Assembly (NCBI GenBank): GCA_013343275.1
Contig: CP046106.1
Coordinates: 851,887 to 915,886 of the forward strand
Source of the DNA: Candidatus Nanohaloarchaea archaeon
GTDB taxonomy: Archaea > Nanohalarchaeota > Nanosalinia > Nanosalinales > Nanosalinaceae
Length of the DNA stretch: 64,000 bases
Reading direction: 5' to 3'
Shown here: piece by piece, positions 40,282 through 50,183 of the stretch
Numbering within the stretch: position 1 is the stretch's first letter
Layout of the letters: each line of letters starts with the position of its first letter
The notes under the pieces: model-generated
The model's input: the letters and a program-made list of their open reading frames with translations, nothing else
Told to the model about the DNA's origin: nothing
Database searches by the model: none
Made by a program: the position numbers and the translations under genes

Positions 40282-40800
40282 TCAGTACTTTGGATTCTTT
40301 TCCTCTACATCTGCCAGAAAGTTCTCGTGACGGGCCATCAGGAAGAAAAGATCGCTTAAACGGTTGATATAGGCCAGTACCTCTTCACGCAGTTCCTCGT
40401 CCTGATCCAGCTTTACAATCTTTCTTTCAGCTCTACGTGCGACAGAGCGGGCCTGATGGAGGTGAGCGGCAGATTTAGTTCCTCCGGCAAGCACGAAACT
40501 TCTCAGTGGAGGACATTCCTCCTGGTAACGATCACATAAATCTTCTAGTCTATCAATATTTTCCTGCGTAACCTTGGTATCAGGCTCTCTGTTAGCAAGT
40601 TCGGCCTGAAGAATATGCAGCTCGTTCTGCACCTCCTCAAGCTCCTCCTCTTTTTCGTCTGTATAACTCCTGCATAGACCTGTCAGAGAGTTTAACTCGT
40701 CAACAGTACCGTAGGCCTCAATCCTCTCACTGCTTTTCGAAACTCTCTCTCCCGATGAAAGATCTGTCCGGCCTCTATCCCCTCGCCCTGTGTATACCAT
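40282..40800 (-). CDS. ATP:cob(I)alamin adenosyltransferase (PduO type)
   Basis: YTGRGDRGRT, EAYGTVDELNS, ARRAER, INRLSD. Confidence 0.93.
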   Translation of the reverse strand: MVYTGRGDRGRTDLSSGERVSKSSERIEAYGTVDELNSLTGLCRSYTDEKEEELEEVQNELHILQAELANREPDTKVTQENIDRLEDLCDRYQEECPPLRSFVLAGGTKSAAHLHQARSVARRAERKIVKLDQDEELREEVLAYINRLSDLFFLMARHENFLADVEEKNPKY

Positions 40801-40822
40801 GAGTTGACTTAGAAGTCTAGTC

Positions 40823-42229
40823 TTAATTTTCTTTCGAACCTATCTCGTGACCTAGTTCGTTCTCCTTCTTTTCCGGGTTTAGATAGGTCTTGACCTTTCT
40901 GAATAGGTGGAGAATAGACTTACCTGTCTTGTATATCATTGCCAGTGTGGAGATTGTAATGAGAGCTATCCATGCGATCATTTTTCTTACTCTACTAGAT
41001 GCCTCCTGATCACTTATCATGTTCTGTTTCCACTTGCTGTAAATTTCTGCGTTTGATTCAAGCTGTTCGGCTTCTTTTTGGAAAGCTTGCCTGTGTGATT
41101 CAGAAATATTACCTAAGAAATCCTCCTGTTTAACTAGTTCTACCTGTAGTTCATCGATCCTCAATCTTGCGGCCAGAATTCTCTGGTCAAGTTCGTTAAA
41201 GAGGTTTGAAACAGCATCTCCAAGTACTGGTAGGCTGCTTACCTCTTTTTCTATGTTTTCTACTCCAGATGCTATATCTCCAAGTGTTTTATCGAGTTGC
41301 TTTGTCTTTTCCTGGAATTTATCTAGAGACTTTTGCGTGGCCTGTAGGTCCTCTGTTAACTTGTGGTAGTCTGTTTCTCCTGTTTCTCCGTATTCCTGGA
41401 ATCTTTCTGCCAAGCTCTTACCGTTCTTCAGAAGCGAGGACGTAACAGACTTCCATTCTTCTAGCTCGCTATCCAGACCTCTAATAGAATCTACCACTAT
41501 ATCTAGTGAGGGACTAGCTAATGTTGCTGCGTCCCAGACTGTTCGTCCTGTAGAAAACCCGCTATAACTTATTTCTGTCTCTTTCATCCTTTCAACTATG
41601 TTGAGAATTGCAGATGTAGTTGACTCAATTTTAACCACATGAGTTTTCGTTTCATTCGCGGTCTGAAGTATGCTCTCTAGGTTCTGCTCTACTTTAGGGC
41701 TATATGAGCTCCTTAATGCCTCTCTATAGGCAAGAATGTTTATGGCTTTAGAAGCTGCCTTCTCAGATCTTATAAATACTAATTCATGCCCATTTTGTTT
41801 CAGAACTTGCCTCTCAGTTGAATTAAATGTAGCGTTGACAGAATAACGCCATGCCATGAACGCCAGGGCCTGCTCTGCTTCTTTGCCAGTAACAATACCC
41901 TGTGAGGATACAACTTTTGTTCTATCTGCTCTATCCCAGGAGTTATTGATCAGGTAGAGTGCGTAACTGGTGCCGTTGAACCCAATATCGTATATCAGTT
42001 CCACCTCCTGATCCTTGAAAACTTGCTTTTTAGGGGGCTGTATTTTTGTCATGTTGGCTTCATTACTGAAACTGTAAGAAGTGAAGCTCTGCATAGGAAC
42101 CTCTAATGGGTCATATCGGCTATCTCTGTGAGGTAACGCAGGTCCCGATCTTGCACCTCCTCCTAGCATGAAAGAGGCTGAAACTACGTTCGCCAAAACG
42201 AAGATAATAAACGCTGAAATCCACCGCAT
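40823..42229 (-). CDS. secreted, C-terminally anchored coiled-coil protein
   Basis: Signal peptide, long helical region, C-terminal TM plus basic tail. Confidence 0.7.
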   Translation of the reverse strand: MRWISAFIIFVLANVVSASFMLGGGARSGPALPHRDSRYDPLEVPMQSFTSYSFSNEANMTKIQPPKKQVFKDQEVELIYDIGFNGTSYALYLINNSWDRADRTKVVSSQGIVTGKEAEQALAFMAWRYSVNATFNSTERQVLKQNGHELVFIRSEKAASKAINILAYREALRSSYSPKVEQNLESILQTANETKTHVVKIESTTSAILNIVERMKETEISYSGFSTGRTVWDAATLASPSLDIVVDSIRGLDSELEEWKSVTSSLLKNGKSLAERFQEYGETGETDYHKLTEDLQATQKSLDKFQEKTKQLDKTLGDIASGVENIEKEVSSLPVLGDAVSNLFNELDQRILAARLRIDELQVELVKQEDFLGNISESHRQAFQKEAEQLESNAEIYSKWKQNMISDQEASSRVRKMIAWIALITISTLAMIYKTGKSILHLFRKVKTYLNPEKKENELGHEIGSKEN

Positions 42230-42436
42230 ACGAGGTTTTCACCTCTATGAATGGTAATTAGGTTCAAGGAATTAATTTTTAATGGCTCTGAATAAATTTC
42301 CTGAATGAAGAATCTTGAAAGTTTTTAGGAGAGTGCTTGGAAAAATCAAAGACTAAATATCTTGATAGGCAAATCCCCTATATGCCATCAGCTTGCGGAA
42401 AAGTGTCAGAAAGAGAAAATAAGAAGGTGTAGAATA

Positions 42437-43567
42437 GTGAAGCTCTACGAACATGAGGCCAAGGACATACTGAAGGAGCACGGTCTTGATATCCCTGAAA
42501 GAGGACTTAGCGAAGAAGAAAGAGAGTATGTTGTGAAGGCGCAGGTGTTTGCCAACAACAGAAGGGAGAAAGGAGGGATAAAGTTTGCCAAGAACAGGAA
42601 AGAGGCCGAAGCTGAAAAACAGGAGATGATCGGCGGTAGACTGGACACACAGGAAGTAAAAAATGTCTTAGTGGAGGAACAGCTAGATTTCACCGAAGAA
42701 TACTACGTTTCATTCATATACGATACGGATACACGTAAACCAGCAATGATATTCTCTGGAGAAGGCGGAACAGGTATTGAAGATAGAGAGGCCTCAAAGC
42801 TTCCTCTTGAAGATGGCTCGCAGTTCCGCTTCCGACAGTTCCTGAAGGAGCAGGGATTCGAAGGTAAGGAGGTCGTCAAGCTAGGAATAACTCTGCAGAA
42901 ACTTTTCCAGACCTTTCTGGATGAAGATGCTCGACTTCTTGAGGTAAACCCTTTGGCGAAGACTGAGGAAGGCTATGTTGTTCTGGATGCGATGATGGAT
43001 CTTGACGACGACGCCAAGTACCGCCACGACCGTAATCTACCGGAAAGATCAGATCTAGGAAGAGAGAAAACTGAGAGGGAACTCAGGGCCGAGAAAATAG
43101 ATGAAGATGATCACAGGGGAGTAGCAGGTAAATACACGGAACTTGACGGCGATATCGGAATGATGCTGGCAGGTGGTGGTGCAAGCCTGACAAACATGGA
43201 TGCATTAATCGAGTACGGTGGAGAACCGGCAAACTATACAGAGTACGGAGGCAACCCTCCTACAGAAAAAGTATACAGACTTTCTAAAGTAATAATGTCG
43301 AAAGAGCTGAACGGCCTCTGGCATGTAGGTGGAACAGCCAACAACACAGATATTCTGAGAACTATGAAAGGTTTCGTGCAGGCTCTGGAGGAAGAGCAGC
43401 CAGACTACCCAATAGTAGTACGCAGGGATGGACCTCACGCAGATGAAGCCTTTGAGCTTCTCCGGGAGAAAAAAGAGGAACTAGATCTAAATATGAAGCT
43501 TTACAGGAACGATACTCCGATGACAAAAACCGCTGAAGTATTAATGGAGATGGTGGAAGAGGAATGA
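42437..43567 (+). CDS. aclB: ATP-citrate lyase / citryl-CoA synthetase beta subunit (ATP-grasp plus citrate-binding)
   Basis: KLYEHEAK, LEVNPL, AGGGAS, ANYTEYGGNP, GGTANNTD (ACL-type rather than SucC-type); GTG start. Confidence 0.8.
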   Translation: MKLYEHEAKDILKEHGLDIPERGLSEEEREYVVKAQVFANNRREKGGIKFAKNRKEAEAEKQEMIGGRLDTQEVKNVLVEEQLDFTEEYYVSFIYDTDTRKPAMIFSGEGGTGIEDREASKLPLEDGSQFRFRQFLKEQGFEGKEVVKLGITLQKLFQTFLDEDARLLEVNPLAKTEEGYVVLDAMMDLDDDAKYRHDRNLPERSDLGREKTERELRAEKIDEDDHRGVAGKYTELDGDIGMMLAGGGASLTNMDALIEYGGEPANYTEYGGNPPTEKVYRLSKVIMSKELNGLWHVGGTANNTDILRTMKGFVQALEEEQPDYPIVVRRDGPHADEAFELLREKKEELDLNMKLYRNDTPMTKTAEVLMEMVEEE

Positions 43568-44178
43568 GTCAGATAGCGGTATTTGATATAGGAGATACCC
43601 TGGTTCCTTCGCACCGGAAGATAAATCAGGTTATACAGGAAGTAGTGGGAGATGCTCCGGAAATAGACATCAACAAGTACAACGTATACGTACCGGAGCA
43701 GATGAATCAGTGGCTGGAGGAAAACGGTATTGAGGCATCGGGAGAAGAGATCACGAACGAGTACCTTGAATGGAAGACTCAGTACCTGAAAAGCAAGGTA
43801 ATACCGAAACTGAAGGAAATCAATCGGGAGTACGGCCCAATAGGGTTCATAAGCGACAACTCGGTACCGGCCAAAAAGTTCTACGCAGAAAACTTCCGCA
43901 GCGAAGGACTGGAATACGAAGGATTTGTAGTATCCTCGGAAGTAGGAGTTGAGAAGCCAGACTCCAAAATCTTTGAAACCTTTGTAGAGCAGAGAGAAGA
44001 AACTCCGGAACAGATGACCTACTTCGGAAACTACGTGGACAGAGATAAAGCAGCTGAAAAAGTAGGTATGAACTTCGTATGGGTGAAACAGCACTACACA
44101 TTCGGATCATCCACAGAAGGCCCTCAGATAGATAAAATCAACTACAGAAACGTATCCGAAGCCCTCAAACGGGTGTAA
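43564..44178 (+). CDS. HAD-superfamily hydrolase
   Basis: FDIGDTL, ISD, EKPD, GNYVDRD. Confidence 0.85.
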   Translation: MSQIAVFDIGDTLVPSHRKINQVIQEVVGDAPEIDINKYNVYVPEQMNQWLEENGIEASGEEITNEYLEWKTQYLKSKVIPKLKEINREYGPIGFISDNSVPAKKFYAENFRSEGLEYEGFVVSSEVGVEKPDSKIFETFVEQREETPEQMTYFGNYVDRDKAAEKVGMNFVWVKQHYTFGSSTEGPQIDKINYRNVSEALKRV

Positions 44179-44181
44179 AAA

Positions 44182-45084
44182 ATGTCGATAGTAGTAGATG
44201 AAGAAACCAAAGTACTGGTGCAGGGGATAACAGGCAGAGAGGCCTCCGAAAAAGTACCGGATATGCTCGACTACGGTACGGATGTAGTAGCTGGTGTAAC
44301 ACCGGGTAAAGGAGGCCAGGAGGTAGCAGGAGTCCCGGTATATGATACAGTAGCAGAGGCTCTTGAAGAGCACCCGGAGATAAACACCTCTCTGGTTTAT
44401 GTTCCGCCTTTTGCTGCTAAGGACGCAATACTGGAAGCGCTGGAAAATGGAATAAAGACTCTGAACGTGATAACAGAGAGAATTCCTACAAAAGACGCCT
44501 GGAAAATCTACCAGAGAGTAGAAGAGGAAGACGCAACAATGGTAGGCCCTACATCTGTAGGAATAATAACTCCTGGCGAATGCAAGCTCGGACCTATCGG
44601 AGGCAACGAGCCAGAGAAAGTCTACAAGCCGGGGAAGGTAGGCGTTATCTCCAAGTCCGGAGGAATGACTACAGAAACCTCCTGGGTTGTACGACAGGCA
44701 GGTTACGGAGTATCAACAGCGATGGGTCTCGGCGGCGACGTAATAGCAGGTACCAGTTTTGCTGACGCCCTGAAAATGTTCGAGGAAGACGATCAGACAG
44801 AAGCCGTCGTCATGTTCGGAGAGCTCGGCGGCACCTACGAGGAGAAAGCCGCAGAACTACTTGAGGAAGGAGAGTTTACCAAGCCTTTGATCGCCTACAT
44901 AACAGGAAAATTCACGGAATCAATGCCAGAGAAGAAGTACGGTCACGCAGGAGCAATAATACGTGGAGACCGGGGAAAGCCCTCGCACAAGAAAAAGGCA
45001 CTGGAAGAGGCTGGAGCACATGTCGTAGATGTACACCATGAAATAGGAGACAAACTTCAGGAAGTTCTACCGAAAAATACTTAG
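44182..45084 (+). CDS. citryl-CoA synthetase/succinyl-CoA ligase alpha-type subunit (CoA-binding)
   Basis: [26 protein letters not shown], phospho-His GHAGA. Confidence 0.88.
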   Translation: MSIVVDEETKVLVQGITGREASEKVPDMLDYGTDVVAGVTPGKGGQEVAGVPVYDTVAEALEEHPEINTSLVYVPPFAAKDAILEALENGIKTLNVITERIPTKDAWKIYQRVEEEDATMVGPTSVGIITPGECKLGPIGGNEPEKVYKPGKVGVISKSGGMTTETSWVVRQAGYGVSTAMGLGGDVIAGTSFADALKMFEEDDQTEAVVMFGELGGTYEEKAAELLEEGEFTKPLIAYITGKFTESMPEKKYGHAGAIIRGDRGKPSHKKKALEEAGAHVVDVHHEIGDKLQEVLPKNT

Positions 45085-45123
45085 CTCTAGTAAACTAACC
45101 TTCCTCCAGAAGAGGGTCTATCC

Positions 45124-45963
45124 TTGGAAGAATTCAGCGTACGAGAACTGGCGGACTACTACTGGAACGACGAAAGAGAAAACTACGATGAAGTAGAGGA
45201 TCTGGCCGCAACCAACCTGGCGATATCAGGTATACGGAGCTACGACCTCGAACCGGACTTCTCAGATATGGATAACGAACAGGCCCTTGCACTGCTTGTC
45301 CACGACGCTGCAGTGGATATCTACGAACTTAACTCTGAACTTGACTCTGAAGAATTCTTCGAGCTGATGGCCTCCGATATTAACTACAGGATATCGCAGG
45401 AAGACGAACTGGACCAGGAGCTGGTTTTCGGAAGCATAGAGGGAAGGCCTCTGAAAGATATTGTTGAAGAGGTATCCAACTACTATGAACAGAATTTCCA
45501 GGAAGGAGAGAACGTCAAGACGGAGAGAGTTCTGGAAAACAATGGCTTCCACGGTAGAGCCGACATAATCCGGGATGTAGATGGAGAGACAGAGCTGCGA
45601 GATATCAAAACCCACTACACCGAGACACCGGTACCAGGGCCGCTAGACGGTTTTAAAGTGGCTTGCTACGCATTGATATCAAGGGATGAACTGGAGGTCG
45701 ACAGTTTTGTAATAGAGTATCCGCTTCAAGGAACAGAGATAGAGGTAGAGCCTGAGGAATGGTTTGGAGAAGTTGCCGAGAAAGCCCGAGAGTTCGAGGA
45801 AATCCTTGAAGAAGGCCGAGAAAACCAGGCAGGTCTGCTGGAGTCTGATCTCGGAACGGAAACAGATAGAGCTCCAAGAGACTTTGTAGAAGGCCTGAAC
45901 CTGCCATATGAAATGAACAAGGCCTATGCACGCTCAGCACTGCCAGAAGGAATCAAGCAGTAA
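45124..45963 (+). CDS. PD-(D/E)XK nuclease family protein
   Basis: FHGRADII...RDIKT...ACYAL; no Fe-S cysteines. Confidence 0.7.
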   Translation: MEEFSVRELADYYWNDERENYDEVEDLAATNLAISGIRSYDLEPDFSDMDNEQALALLVHDAAVDIYELNSELDSEEFFELMASDINYRISQEDELDQELVFGSIEGRPLKDIVEEVSNYYEQNFQEGENVKTERVLENNGFHGRADIIRDVDGETELRDIKTHYTETPVPGPLDGFKVACYALISRDELEVDSFVIEYPLQGTEIEVEPEEWFGEVAEKAREFEEILEEGRENQAGLLESDLGTETDRAPRDFVEGLNLPYEMNKAYARSALPEGIKQ

Positions 45964-45997
45964 GCAATAAATCTTTTTGTCCCAAAAGAGGTAGTAT

Positions 45998-46756
45998 ATG
46001 CCAAAGGCAAGATCCGTCGACTTCACCGAAGAGTTCCAGATGCTTAACGGTGAAGGTGTAAAAGAGGAAAGACTGGACCCAGTTGAGGTATCAGGTAACG
46101 AAATACCGGCCCTCGACTTTGATACAACAGTACATCACCTGAGAAGAAACAACTATGATGTAGATGTTTCTCCAAACGGCGGAAGTCTGGATGCAGAAGG
46201 CCAGACAGGAACCAAGCACCTGGATATCTCATCTCTGAACGATGGTGCTGTACAGGTAAAGTTCTCCATAGATATAGAGGAAGCCGAGAGGCGGCGAGAC
46301 GAAGAAATAGAAGACCCTGAGGCCTACGTAGAGAAAGTTTACGGTCAGATAGTAGACGAGCTCGTTGAAAGAGAGGAGAAGATCGAAAGGGCCTCCGAAA
46401 ACTATGTCTCAAACCTTTTCGAATATGACAACCCTGTTGAACAGCTTGAATCCGACTTCAAGAAGCACGGCGACTCCGCAGAAGAAGTAATAGACAGCTA
46501 CTTCGGAGATATGCGGCCGAGCGAACTGGGTCTCACCTACGCAGTACATTTCGAGCTTCATCCTGGAGAAACAGTTGACAACGAGAGAAGAAACCTAGAC
46601 GGCAAGATGCCGCTGTACGACGCATTAAACGATGAAGACGCTGAAGATAGAGACAGGCTTTACTTCCAGAGATACCTCGGCAAGGTTCTGGAGAAAGCAG
46701 ATGAGAGAGCAGAGATCAGCGACGAGCTTAGGGAGTACTGGCAGGACCTAGCCTGA
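45998..46756 (+). CDS. hypothetical acidic protein
   Basis: 252-aa ORF, host-like codon usage. Confidence 0.7.
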   Translation: MPKARSVDFTEEFQMLNGEGVKEERLDPVEVSGNEIPALDFDTTVHHLRRNNYDVDVSPNGGSLDAEGQTGTKHLDISSLNDGAVQVKFSIDIEEAERRRDEEIEDPEAYVEKVYGQIVDELVEREEKIERASENYVSNLFEYDNPVEQLESDFKKHGDSAEEVIDSYFGDMRPSELGLTYAVHFELHPGETVDNERRNLDGKMPLYDALNDEDAEDRDRLYFQRYLGKVLEKADERAEISDELREYWQDLA

Positions 46757-46810
46757 GAAACACCGGCGTTTCCGAAGACTTCAAAATTATACGTTACAAA
46801 CATTTTTTCT

Positions 46811-47512
46811 ATGACTGACTGGAAAACAGAGATCTCATCGTCCGGAGAAGACGCAGTAATCAGAGGAGAGAAACTGGGAGAAGTAATGGATATGGATTTC
46901 GCAGATGCCATCTGGCTGCTTCTCAAAGGCGACAAACCTTCAAACAAGGAATCAGAGCTCTTCAACACTATTCTATCCTCAAGCATTGATCACGGAGTCG
47001 GCAACCCATCAACAGTCTCTGCCCGGACAGTACAGAGCGGAGGCAACGAAATGAACACCTCCGTCGCCGCAGGAATACTGGCCCTTGGAGATGCACACGG
47101 AGGTGCAATAGAGGAATGTATGCAGATCCTTCAGTCAGAAGATACAGCAGAAGAGATAGTGGATGAATACCTGGAAGAGGGAGAAAAGATTCCAGGAATA
47201 GGCCACAAAGTATACGAAGATGAAGACCCGAGAGCGCAGAAAATACTTTCCAAAGCCGAGGAACTAGGCCTTGCAGGAGAAAAAGTTGAGAAAATGAAGG
47301 AAATACAGAAAGAGTTCGCAGAAAGAAAGGTCGGCCTCGTAATGAATGTTGACGGCGCCGTTGCTGCAGTAATGAGCGACCTAGGCTGGGACTACCGGCT
47401 TGGGAAAGGCCTGTTCATAATAGCCCGGACGCCAGGCTTGGTAGCACATGTCCATGAAGAGATGGATGAACCTGATTTCAGGAGGGAAGATGGAGAGTAT
47501 GTCGGGGAATGA
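46811..47512 (+). CDS. citryl-CoA lyase
   Basis: WKTEIS, IDHG, HGGA, IPGIGH, DPR, MNVDG, ARTPGLVAH. Confidence 0.9.
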   Translation: MTDWKTEISSSGEDAVIRGEKLGEVMDMDFADAIWLLLKGDKPSNKESELFNTILSSSIDHGVGNPSTVSARTVQSGGNEMNTSVAAGILALGDAHGGAIEECMQILQSEDTAEEIVDEYLEEGEKIPGIGHKVYEDEDPRAQKILSKAEELGLAGEKVEKMKEIQKEFAERKVGLVMNVDGAVAAVMSDLGWDYRLGKGLFIIARTPGLVAHVHEEMDEPDFRREDGEYVGE

Positions 47513-47816
47513 AGTAGAGAGATTCCAGTCAAGTCTAGGAGAAGTTGCAGTAGATAAAACACATATAGAACGTAGAAGAAAAGACTCCAGCGACTGGGAA
47601 AACATACGATCTAACTTCTCCGAACAGAAACTGGCAGATAACGTACCGTTCGACGAGATAGAGGAAATAGAATACGAAGATGGATCAATCTATCCCAACA
47701 TTAAGTTGAAGGTAGATGGAGAGTGGAAACGGCTTTTCTTCCATGTTGGAGATAACGCCAAAGACTGTCTGAAAACGCTTAGATACCGATGGAACTCCTA
47801 TAGACAGCTATACTAG
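47499..47816 (+). CDS. hypothetical protein (PH-like)
   Basis: Likely start MSGNEV; VPFDEIEEIEY motif. Confidence 0.6.
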   Translation: MSGNEVERFQSSLGEVAVDKTHIERRRKDSSDWENIRSNFSEQKLADNVPFDEIEEIEYEDGSIYPNIKLKVDGEWKRLFFHVGDNAKDCLKTLRYRWNSYRQLY

Positions 47817-47822
47817 GAGAGG

Positions 47823-48047
47823 TCAGTAAATTCTCCTCCGATTGCGATTAGTGTTATCTTCTGAATCATCGCTTAGCTTCTCTAGACCTTTCGAAGCAAG
47901 TCCATATACTAAGGCGAACAGAGGAACAATTATGATGGTGCCTGGTATATCGGGGCCTCCGCCACCTATAACGGCTAGGAAGTTATACAGTACGGCTACT
48001 AGAAGTACTGCCTCAATAAGCTTTCTCCAGCTAAAACTGTGATTCAT
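47823..48047 (-). CDS. small 2-TM membrane protein
   Basis: Two hydrophobic helices. Confidence 0.6.
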   Translation of the reverse strand: MNHSFSWRKLIEAVLLVAVLYNFLAVIGGGGPDIPGTIIIVPLFALVYGLASKGLEKLSDDSEDNTNRNRRRIY

Positions 48048-48276
48048 AGTACTGTATTAGATTTCTCGAGAATTAAATCTTTCCCAGGTAACTACTATTC
48101 TAACTTTCTAGTTGATGTCAGCAATAAGAAGTAGAGATACTGCCGACCACACCAATCGCTTACCTCTCCTGCTATCTATCTGGCCGAAAATAACCATTGT
48201 ACACTATCACTTATTGTAAGGCCTATTTTTAGGAGTAAAGAAAAATTCGAGCGAGGCGAATAGAAAATTTGAGTTA

Positions 48277-48351
48277 TGCGGCGGCCGGGATTTGAACCCG
48301 GGTCTTCGGCTCGAAAGGCCGAGATGATTGGCCAGACTACACTACTGCCGC
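48277..48351 (-). tRNA. tRNA-Glu(TTC)
   Basis: TCGGC-CTTTCGA-GCCGA anticodon arm. Confidence 0.93.
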
Positions 48352-48447
48352 TTGATCCGTGTCAAAGATGTCGATGTTAACACTTTTAAGGGTGTAGTTT
48401 AGCTGGAATCGAAAACAACATTAGGCCGGAGAAACCTATTACTGTAC

Positions 48448-48849
48448 ATGACCGACGACTGCATATTCTGCAAGATAATCGATGGCGAGATCCCGTCGCA
48501 CACTGTATACGAAGACGAGGATATGATTGCATTCCTGGATGTAAACCCGGTATCCAAAGGCCATACACTGGTAGTACCGAAAGAGCACGTGGAAAACATC
48601 CACGAAGCAGAAGGAATGAACTACCTGTTCGACGGCCTCGTAAAGGTTTCTAATGCTGTAAAGAATGCCTTTGATGCTGAAGGAGTAAACATCGCTCAGA
48701 ACAATGGAGAGAAAGCAGGACAGGAGGTCTTCCATCTCCACTTCCACGTAACACCGATCTACGAAGGCAACGAACTTGACATCACCTACAACCGTACAGA
48801 ACTGGAAGAAGGCGAAAAAGTAGCCGAGGAGATAGAAGAGAGCCTGTAA
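48448..48849 (+). CDS. HIT family hydrolase
   Basis: CIFCKI, GHTLVVPK, HLHFH. Confidence 0.95.
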   Translation: MTDDCIFCKIIDGEIPSHTVYEDEDMIAFLDVNPVSKGHTLVVPKEHVENIHEAEGMNYLFDGLVKVSNAVKNAFDAEGVNIAQNNGEKAGQEVFHLHFHVTPIYEGNELDITYNRTELEEGEKVAEEIEESL

Positions 48850-48960
48850 AAAGGCCTTAACCTGTCTTTACCTTTCTTAATTCTCTATTCTTGTTTTTAG
48901 GCTTGCCTAAACCTGTAATCCTTCCAAAGGATATTAAATCTGCAGGCCTCAACATCGTGC

Positions 48961-49785
48961 ATGGTTTCCGCAGAGGCCTTAATCCTTGTATTTGTCGCAG
49001 GACTGATAACGGACCTGGCTACAGGGATAGGCGCAATACCGTTCTTCTTCGTCAAGGACTTCAGCAAAAAAATACTAGTCGGCCTCTGGGGCCTGGCATC
49101 AGGCATAATGCTGTCAGCATCATTCCTAGGACTTATACCAGAGGGAATAGCTGCAGCACAGAAGTATCCGATGTTTAATTCAGCCTACTTCGCAGTAGGA
49201 CTCGGCCTAATACTTGGGGGTATACTGGTTGTTGTAGCCCAGAGAATAGTTGATGATGTGGAGCTAGATCCGGGTACTTTCGAGGAGAACGACTTCAAGA
49301 AAATGGTTCTGATCCTCGGAGTCCTTACAGTCCACAGCTTCCCGGAAGGCGTAGCAATAGGAGTAGCATTCGCAGAAATGGGGCTAGCATCAGGCATTCC
49401 AATCTTCGGCCTTGCAGTACCCGCAATAGCCATAACAATGACAGTAGCAATATCAATCCACAACATACCTGAAGGCATCGCAATCTCAATACCTTTCAAA
49501 GCCTCAGGGGTCTCAAACTGGAAGACAATGGGTGCAGCAATATTCTCATCATTGCCACAACCAATTGGAGCGGTAGTAGCATTCATCTTCGTAAGACAGG
49601 CACGAGTATTCCTCCCTGTAGGATACGGATTTGCAGCAGGAGCAATGATCTACCTCGTCATGACAGAGTTCATAGAGGAGGCCTTCGAAGAAGCTGAAAA
49701 CATTGAATCCAGCGGATGGCCGGAGTTCATCACAGGAAACCTGATAGGATTAATAATCATGGTTCTCCTATTCACCTTTGTATGA
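48961..49785 (+). CDS. ZIP family metal transporter
   Basis: HSFPEG and HNIPEG motifs. Confidence 0.92.
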   Translation: MVSAEALILVFVAGLITDLATGIGAIPFFFVKDFSKKILVGLWGLASGIMLSASFLGLIPEGIAAAQKYPMFNSAYFAVGLGLILGGILVVVAQRIVDDVELDPGTFEENDFKKMVLILGVLTVHSFPEGVAIGVAFAEMGLASGIPIFGLAVPAIAITMTVAISIHNIPEGIAISIPFKASGVSNWKTMGAAIFSSLPQPIGAVVAFIFVRQARVFLPVGYGFAAGAMIYLVMTEFIEEAFEEAENIESSGWPEFITGNLIGLIIMVLLFTFV

Positions 49786-50156
49786 TAGAGTTAGCTGGGA
49801 ATCTGATAATCAGGGATGGGAAAATACTTCTACTGTATCGTGAAGACGAAGGCCATTGGGAAGTACCAGGCGGAAAAGTAGAGGAAAGTGAATCTCCTAC
49901 AGAGGCCGCAGTAAGAGAAGCCAAGGAAGAGATAGGTACCGAAGTAGAACTGGAAAAACCCTTCTACAGCGGAGAGTTCCAGAAAGACGGCGAAATGTAC
50001 CTCTGGCACGGATACATAGCTAACACAGACGACGAACCTGCAATACAGGAAGAAACTTTCCAGAAGATGGAATGGGTCGATCCTGTGGAACTGGACGACA
50101 TGAGTATAGCACCAAACCTGGACATGGTGCTCCCCGCCTTGAGAAAAATAAAGTAA
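49782..50156 (+). CDS. NUDIX hydrolase
   Basis: PGGKVEESESPTEAAVREAKEEIG. Confidence 0.92.
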   Translation: MIELAGNLIIRDGKILLLYREDEGHWEVPGGKVEESESPTEAAVREAKEEIGTEVELEKPFYSGEFQKDGEMYLWHGYIANTDDEPAIQEETFQKMEWVDPVELDDMSIAPNLDMVLPALRKIK

Positions 50157-50183
50157 AAGACCTTCGTGAGGAAGTTTATTCTT

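Noticed and set aside
45124-45963. Cas4/CRISPR system
   Set aside because: No Fe-S cysteine cluster, no cas1/cas2, and no repeat-spacer array seen in the window
48108-48197. 29-aa minus-strand ORF resembling a signal peptide (MVIFGQIDSRRGKRLVW...)
   Set aside because: Too short, with no supporting context
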